IMG/VR virus record: IMGVR_UViG_3300033067_000919
Coordinates: 1 to 28,928 of that record
DNA length: 28,928 nt
DNA from: a virus
Taxonomy: Duplodnaviria; Caudoviricetes
Strand: one strand, 5' to 3'
Shown here: positions 25,098 through 28,928 of the stretch, piece by piece
How the letters are laid out: every line of letters begins with the position of its first letter
How positions within the stretch are numbered: position 1 is the first letter of the stretch
Notes under the pieces: generated by a model
Told to the model about the DNA's origin: nothing
Seen by the model: the letters and a program-made list of their open reading frames with translations, nothing else
Database searches by the model: none
Made by a program: the position numbers and the translations under genes

Positions 25098-25125
25098 ATC
25101 TCCAACAACAACGGAGATGACCGAC

Positions 25126-25395
25126 ATGTCCCGCCAATTTGTTTATCGCGATCTGGTCGATGAAGCCACAGGCCGCGTCAATCTCGTGGCCTATCGGGCC
25201 ATGTGTCGGGCTCGGTCTATCCGAGAATATGGCAGTGTGTGCGCCGCTGGGCTTAAATCTGCGGGGCGATGGTATCGCCAGCACATCGCGGACATCCAGT
25301 CCGACTGGAAATCACGTCATGGCATTCCGCAGGTGATGCATGAAATTTTTCCGTTCGGGGAAGTTCAAGACGGCGTTCGCCGCAGCGTGTTTTGA
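25126..25395 (+). CDS. Hypothetical protein
   Basis: ATG 25126 with GGAG upstream; the TTG start in the ORF track is the -35 box. Confidence 0.6.
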   Translation: MSRQFVYRDLVDEATGRVNLVAYRAMCRARSIREYGSVCAAGLKSAGRWYRQHIADIQSDWKSRHGIPQVMHEIFPFGEVQDGVRRSVF

Positions 25396-25407
25396 GGGAG
25401 GCACGAA

Positions 25408-25590
25408 ATGAATGCAGCAGAGATGCGCGAAATGTGTGCGGTTTGGCATGATGAACAGGCTGATCTTGCCAAATCCAAATACGAAGACGTTTCCAAGCTC
25501 GCTCAGTATGCGACTTGGTGCACTTGGAAGGATCAGGAAGATTTCCACCGTGAGTCAGCGGAAGCCATTCGTCAACTTTCCATTTTTTGA
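25408..25590 (+). CDS. Hypothetical protein
   Basis: 60 aa, GGAGG RBS. Confidence 0.6.
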   Translation: MNAAEMREMCAVWHDEQADLAKSKYEDVSKLAQYATWCTWKDQEDFHRESAEAIRQLSIF

Positions 25591-25613
25591 TCTAGAGAAA
25601 ACTGAGGGCATCA

Positions 25614-26723
25614 ATGTCAACCAGAATTGACTGGCTTACGCCAGAGCAAGCGGCGCGCTTCGAGGAATGGTCAAAGCAGTGGATTGAGATCGGACTATCG
25701 ACGGCCCCCGCCGACTTCGACACGGCTACGGACGCCGCGCTGCGCGCGTACAAGCTCGCGAACCTTGATCGGCCAATGGTCATCCTTCGCATGTCGTCGC
25801 CGTATGGTGCGACGCTGGGTGGCGCATTGGCTTGGCAGTTGCTGCGCAGCATGGGCGACAAGGCGGTCAAGGATCAGGTCTGGGATCAGGTCGGGGCTCA
25901 GGTCAGGGCTCAGGTCTGGGATCAGGTCGGGGATCAGGTCGGGGCTCAGGTCAGGGCTCAGGTCTGGGATCAGGTCTGGGATCAGGTCGGGGATCAGGTC
26001 GGGGCTCAGGTCTGGGATCAGGTCGGGGATCAGGTCGGGGCTCAGGTCAGGGATCAGCTTCGCAACGCGCCCTATAACTCCATCCAAACACAATTTGACG
26101 CCGGCTTCGCCGCATGGGTCACCTTCTTTCGTGATGTCTGCGCCTGGGCGAATCCGGCGCTCGAAAAATTCTCCGTCTTTGAGGATTTGGTCAAGAATTG
26201 CGGATGGACTTGGTGGCATGAAAACGTGCTGGCGATCTCTGATCGCCCGGCGGTTATCAACCGCGACACCGAAGGCCGACTGCACTGTGAGAATGGACCA
26301 TCGATTTCGTATCGAGATGGCTGGCGATTGCATCATTGGCATGGGACGGCGGTGCCGGCAGAGTGGATTGAGAACCGCGCAAATCTAGACCCAGCAGTGG
26401 TTCTGAAATCGAAGAACGTCGAACAGCGTGCGGCTGGCGCTGCAATCGTCGGCTGGCCGAAGATGGTAACAAAACTCAAACGCAAAGTTATCGACGGTGA
26501 TCCGGATACCGATATGGGCGCGCTGATCGAATTGACATTGCCGGGATTGCGCGAGCCGGGCCGCTTTCTGCAAGCACAATGCCCACGCAATGGAATAATC
26601 GTCGAGGGCGTTCCACGCATCAGTGACATCGACAATCTGCCCATCAACACGGTTATCGCTGCGCAGGCATGGCGCGTTGGCGATCCGCAATCCGAATACG
26701 AGCATCCTCCGGTGAGGACGTGA
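25614..26723 (+). CDS. DUF6745-like protein with internal tetrapeptide repeat
   Basis: LSTAPAD, MSSP, xQVx repeats, [17 protein letters not shown]...[29 protein letters not shown]. Confidence 0.8.
   Translation: MSTRIDWLTPEQAARFEEWSKQWIEIGLSTAPADFDTATDAALRAYKLANLDRPMVILRMSSPYGATLGGALAWQLLRSMGDKAVKDQVWDQVGAQVRAQVWDQVGDQVGAQVRAQVWDQVWDQVGDQVGAQVWDQVGDQVGAQVRDQLRNAPYNSIQTQFDAGFAAWVTFFRDVCAWANPALEKFSVFEDLVKNCGWTWWHENVLAISDRPAVINRDTEGRLHCENGPSISYRDGWRLHHWHGTAVPAEWIENRANLDPAVVLKSKNVEQRAAGAAIVGWPKMVTKLKRKVIDGDPDTDMGALIELTLPGLREPGRFLQAQCPRNGIIVEGVPRISDIDNLPINTVIAAQAWRVGDPQSEYEHPPVRT
25872..26057 (+). repeat. Coding tandem repeat, 15.5 x 12 bp G(A/C)TCAGGTC(T/G/A)GG
   Basis: Read directly from the sequence; encodes (D/A)QV(W/G/R). 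Confidence 0.95.
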
Positions 26724-26728
26724 GGCAG

Positions 26729-26797
26729 ATGTTACTACAGGCGGCGGCTGGATTGTTTGCCGTCGCTATCTACTTCCTGATTTTTCAACCCAATTGA
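26729..26797 (+). CDS. Possible 22-aa hydrophobic peptide
   Basis: MLLQAAAGLFAVAIYFLIFQPN after GAGG; fills the gap between two genes. Confidence 0.35.
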   Translation: MLLQAAAGLFAVAIYFLIFQPN

Positions 26798-26808
26798 GGA
26801 GAGCAACA

Positions 26809-27156
26809 ATGAAGCAAGTCATCGGGCAGCAGGGCGAGTGCCGGATCGTTAAAATCGACAAACTTCCAGACGGAATGCAGACGAAGAAAGCTGAGCGTGT
26901 CGCGAAAGGCTACGTCATCAGCCACAGCGAGAGCGGTCATCATCATTTATTGACCGGCGGCGACGTGATGGAACGCACCGACAAGGTGCCGGCCGGCATG
27001 CAGCAATTTTACGCGATCCTTGATGCGCCGCAGAAGTTCATCCAAGACGCAGCCAATCCGCATGGTGGATACGACCTCGATGCCGGCATCTATCGGTTCG
27101 ATGTGTCACGCGAGTTCGATCCTTTCGCCGAACAAGCGCGACGTGTTGCCGACTGA
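26809..27156 (+). CDS. His-motif protein commonly neighbouring DUF6745 genes
   Basis: GAGGAG RBS; QQGE....., HSESGHHH, ...H....L..GIY....REF......R.VAD. Confidence 0.7.
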   Translation: MKQVIGQQGECRIVKIDKLPDGMQTKKAERVAKGYVISHSESGHHHLLTGGDVMERTDKVPAGMQQFYAILDAPQKFIQDAANPHGGYDLDAGIYRFDVSREFDPFAEQARRVAD

Positions 27157-27173
27157 GCAACGACGCGGCGCAA

Positions 27174-27692
27174 ATGCCGCGTCTCCCGCACGGGGATTAT
27201 CTCATGACCGACCATAACGACACAGGCGCGACGGCGAGGCCGTGGCGAGAGGCGTTGCGGCGTGAGCCCGAACGCTATGCAGCCTGTTCGCCAGAAGCAA
27301 TCAGCCATGGCTCTCAAGCGCAGATGAAATATTTCGTGGCGGATGCGCAACACGACATTGCTATCCTTGCCACCCGCTTGGCAGAGGTTGAGAGGGAGCG
27401 GGACGACTTCAAAGAACGTTTGGCGGTTGCGGACGCTAGTCTTGTTTTGGAAACAGGCGCGGGTATCGACACTCACGAGACAATGCTTCGCGTCAGCAAG
27501 CAATGGTGCGCCCGTGCCCACGCCGCAGAAGCCCGTGTCGCGGTGTTGGAGAAGGCATTGTCTGCCACTTTAGACCAATACGTTTCGATGGCTTTGAGCG
27601 GTGATTGTGGTTTCTGGGACCCTGAGGAAGAACATCACGTCATCGCTGCTCGCGGTGCCCTCGCTGCCGAGCAGAAGGAGGCGGGGAAGTGA
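27174..27692 (+). CDS. Hypothetical coiled-coil protein (start may be 27204)
   Basis: Open 172 codons; SGDCGFWDPE motif; GTGA-coupled to the next gene. Confidence 0.65.
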   Translation: MPRLPHGDYLMTDHNDTGATARPWREALRREPERYAACSPEAISHGSQAQMKYFVADAQHDIAILATRLAEVERERDDFKERLAVADASLVLETGAGIDTHETMLRVSKQWCARAHAAEARVAVLEKALSATLDQYVSMALSGDCGFWDPEEEHHVIAARGALAAEQKEAGK

Positions 27693-28213
27693 GCAATGAG
27701 CTGACTCCACTTGTCACGACGTGGAAATCTGACAAGCAGTATTTCAAGTACGTCTGCTCCAAATGCGGCTGTGAAGCGCAGAACACATATTCCGAACCAT
27801 CGTACACACAGATGATGGAGCGTCGTCTTTGCTTCACCTGCAATTATTGGGTCGAAGCTGAAAAGAAGTACGAAAAGGAACACCGCTCGATGACAATCAT
27901 CGACGGTCACGTCTACAGTCCCGGTAATCGTACTTCAGGTTCAATGCGAGGAATGGCAGGACGACGCTTTGATATCGAATACATCGAACCGTCAGTATAC
28001 GCAGGTCAGCGCACTACTACGTTTGACCTTTGGTCAGGATCGACGCTGCCGGATCATTTGCGGGCGCGATTTTCCGATACCGCACGTTTCCTCGGTGGCG
28101 CGGAGCGTGCCCAAGTTGGCGAGACCACTTACTGGAACCCGTCTGACCGAAAGTCCGATCCATATCCGCTTCCCCAATCGCTGAAGCCGACGAAGCAGGA
28201 CACCCCACAATGA
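27689..28213 (+). CDS. Hypothetical Zn-binding protein
   Basis: CSKCG...LCFTCNYW, GMAGRRF.I, TT.DLW.. Confidence 0.7.
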   Translation: MSNELTPLVTTWKSDKQYFKYVCSKCGCEAQNTYSEPSYTQMMERRLCFTCNYWVEAEKKYEKEHRSMTIIDGHVYSPGNRTSGSMRGMAGRRFDIEYIEPSVYAGQRTTTFDLWSGSTLPDHLRARFSDTARFLGGAERAQVGETTYWNPSDRKSDPYPLPQSLKPTKQDTPQ

Positions 28214-28431
28214 CAAACCCGCGCGATGATCTGATGGCGTTTCCTCAATCAGTATCCGCTGGCGGCCCTTACGGCGGCATGACGCTACGAGATTATTTCG
28301 CCGCTCATGTCGCCGCTGGGATGGCTGCATTTTCAGGAACAGCGGGAATTAGCTATGGGCCGCACGACATTGCGGGACGCGCCTATCAGGTCGCTGACGC
28401 GATGTTGCTCCATCGGGATGGGGGAGAATGA
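28210..28431 (+). CDS. Conserved small phage protein (GMTLRDYFAA family)
   Basis: AFP...GMTLRDYFAA...AYQVADAML. Confidence 0.8.
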   Translation: MTNPRDDLMAFPQSVSAGGPYGGMTLRDYFAAHVAAGMAAFSGTAGISYGPHDIAGRAYQVADAMLLHRDGGE

Positions 28432-28432
28432 A

Positions 28433-28606
28433 ATGGACGTTGAGGAATGCCCGAAATGCAAAGGTAGCGGGGAGATAGCGATCGACGCTCGCACCTGTCG
28501 ATACGTCGCCCCTGGCCCAGTACCGGATGATGCGAAGGGTGTGGTTTCGAGCACATGTTTCACTTGCGTCGGCATGGGGTACATCGAATGTCAGGAGGGA
28601 GAATGA
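28433..28606 (+). CDS. Small DnaJ-type zinc-finger protein
   Basis: CPKCKGSG...CFTCVGMG; GGAG RBS before ATG 28433. Confidence 0.65.
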   Translation: MDVEECPKCKGSGEIAIDARTCRYVAPGPVPDDAKGVVSSTCFTCVGMGYIECQEGE

Positions 28607-28928
28607 CAAACCCGCGCGATGATATGCTGGCGTTGGCTGGCCCAATCTTTCCGGCGAAAAGCGCGAGGCTTGAGCTAATCGACCTGCTGAAAGAGCAGAT
28701 GTTTGCTGACTATCAAAAGCCAGACCGCCCTTCGATTACCAAATCCATTTTGGATAGAGTTGTTGCAGATTTAGAGCATGCCGTCTTGCTTCTAGACGAA
28801 TTGCAGAAGGTTCAAGATAAATTGTTCAGCAAAGAGCAGCAAGAACGCCTTGCCGCCTCTCGCCCCGCGCCGGTCGATAGAGAGGCGGTGGAACGCGCAT
28901 TGATTGAAACGTTGCCCGGTGTTGGCAA
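28603..28928 (+). CDS. Hypothetical protein, 3'-truncated
   Basis: ATGA-coupled, AGGAGG RBS, frame open to the window end (MTNPRDDMLALAGPIF...). Confidence 0.6.
   Translation, partial: MTNPRDDMLALAGPIFPAKSARLELIDLLKEQMFADYQKPDRPSITKSILDRVVADLEHAVLLLDELQKVQDKLFSKEQQERLAASRPAPVDREAVERALIETLPGVG

Larger units (their letters stand above)
28209..28634 (+). repeat. 33-bp direct repeat at two gene starts (28209-28241 and 28602-28634)
   Basis: AATGACAAACCCGCGCGATGAT(C/A)TG(A/C)TGGCGTT, 2 mismatches. Confidence 0.9.

Noticed and set aside
25872-26057. CRISPR array or DGR variable repeat
   Set aside because: The units are contiguous with no spacers and lie in frame in a CDS. No cas gene, reverse transcriptase or template repeat is in the window.
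25627-26388. Alternative-frame ORFs over the repeat (RSGI, GSGR and PDLI polymers)
   Set aside because: They are by-products of a stop-free 12-bp repeat; only the 25614 frame has family motifs outside the repeat.

Overview
The window is a 29-kb segment of a tailed-phage or prophage genome, probably infecting an alphaproteobacterium (Hyphomicrobiales-like gene families). From left to right it contains: (1) two probable virion-ejected proteins, the second a 1701-aa polyvalent protein with a ddrB-like ParB domain and a compositionally distinct C-terminal tip; (2) a lysis cassette (GH108 endolysin, spanin pair, membrane protein); (3) a long leftward early operon (small ORFs, C5 DNA methyltransferase, SLOG/DUF2493, DUF1367-like, Bet, coiled-coil protein, DUF968-like); (4) a divergent switch with one HTH gene, then GapR-like and RuvC-like genes; (5) an inverted SNF2-like helicase plus N4/N6 methyltransferase module; (6) about 1 kb of non-coding DNA; (7) dnaB and a headless initiator-like gene; (8) a rightward accessory operon including a DUF6745-like repeat protein. 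The most notable observations are a C5-MTase whose motif IX is encoded in an overlapping frame, two back-to-back candidate structured RNAs upstream of dnaB, a five-copy 17-bp operator-like palindrome over -35 boxes, a 4-codon minigene leader, and a toxin-like tip with an in-frame TAG on the giant protein. No integrase, tRNA, CRISPR or capsid genes were seen. All family assignments are from motif recognition by eye, without database searches.
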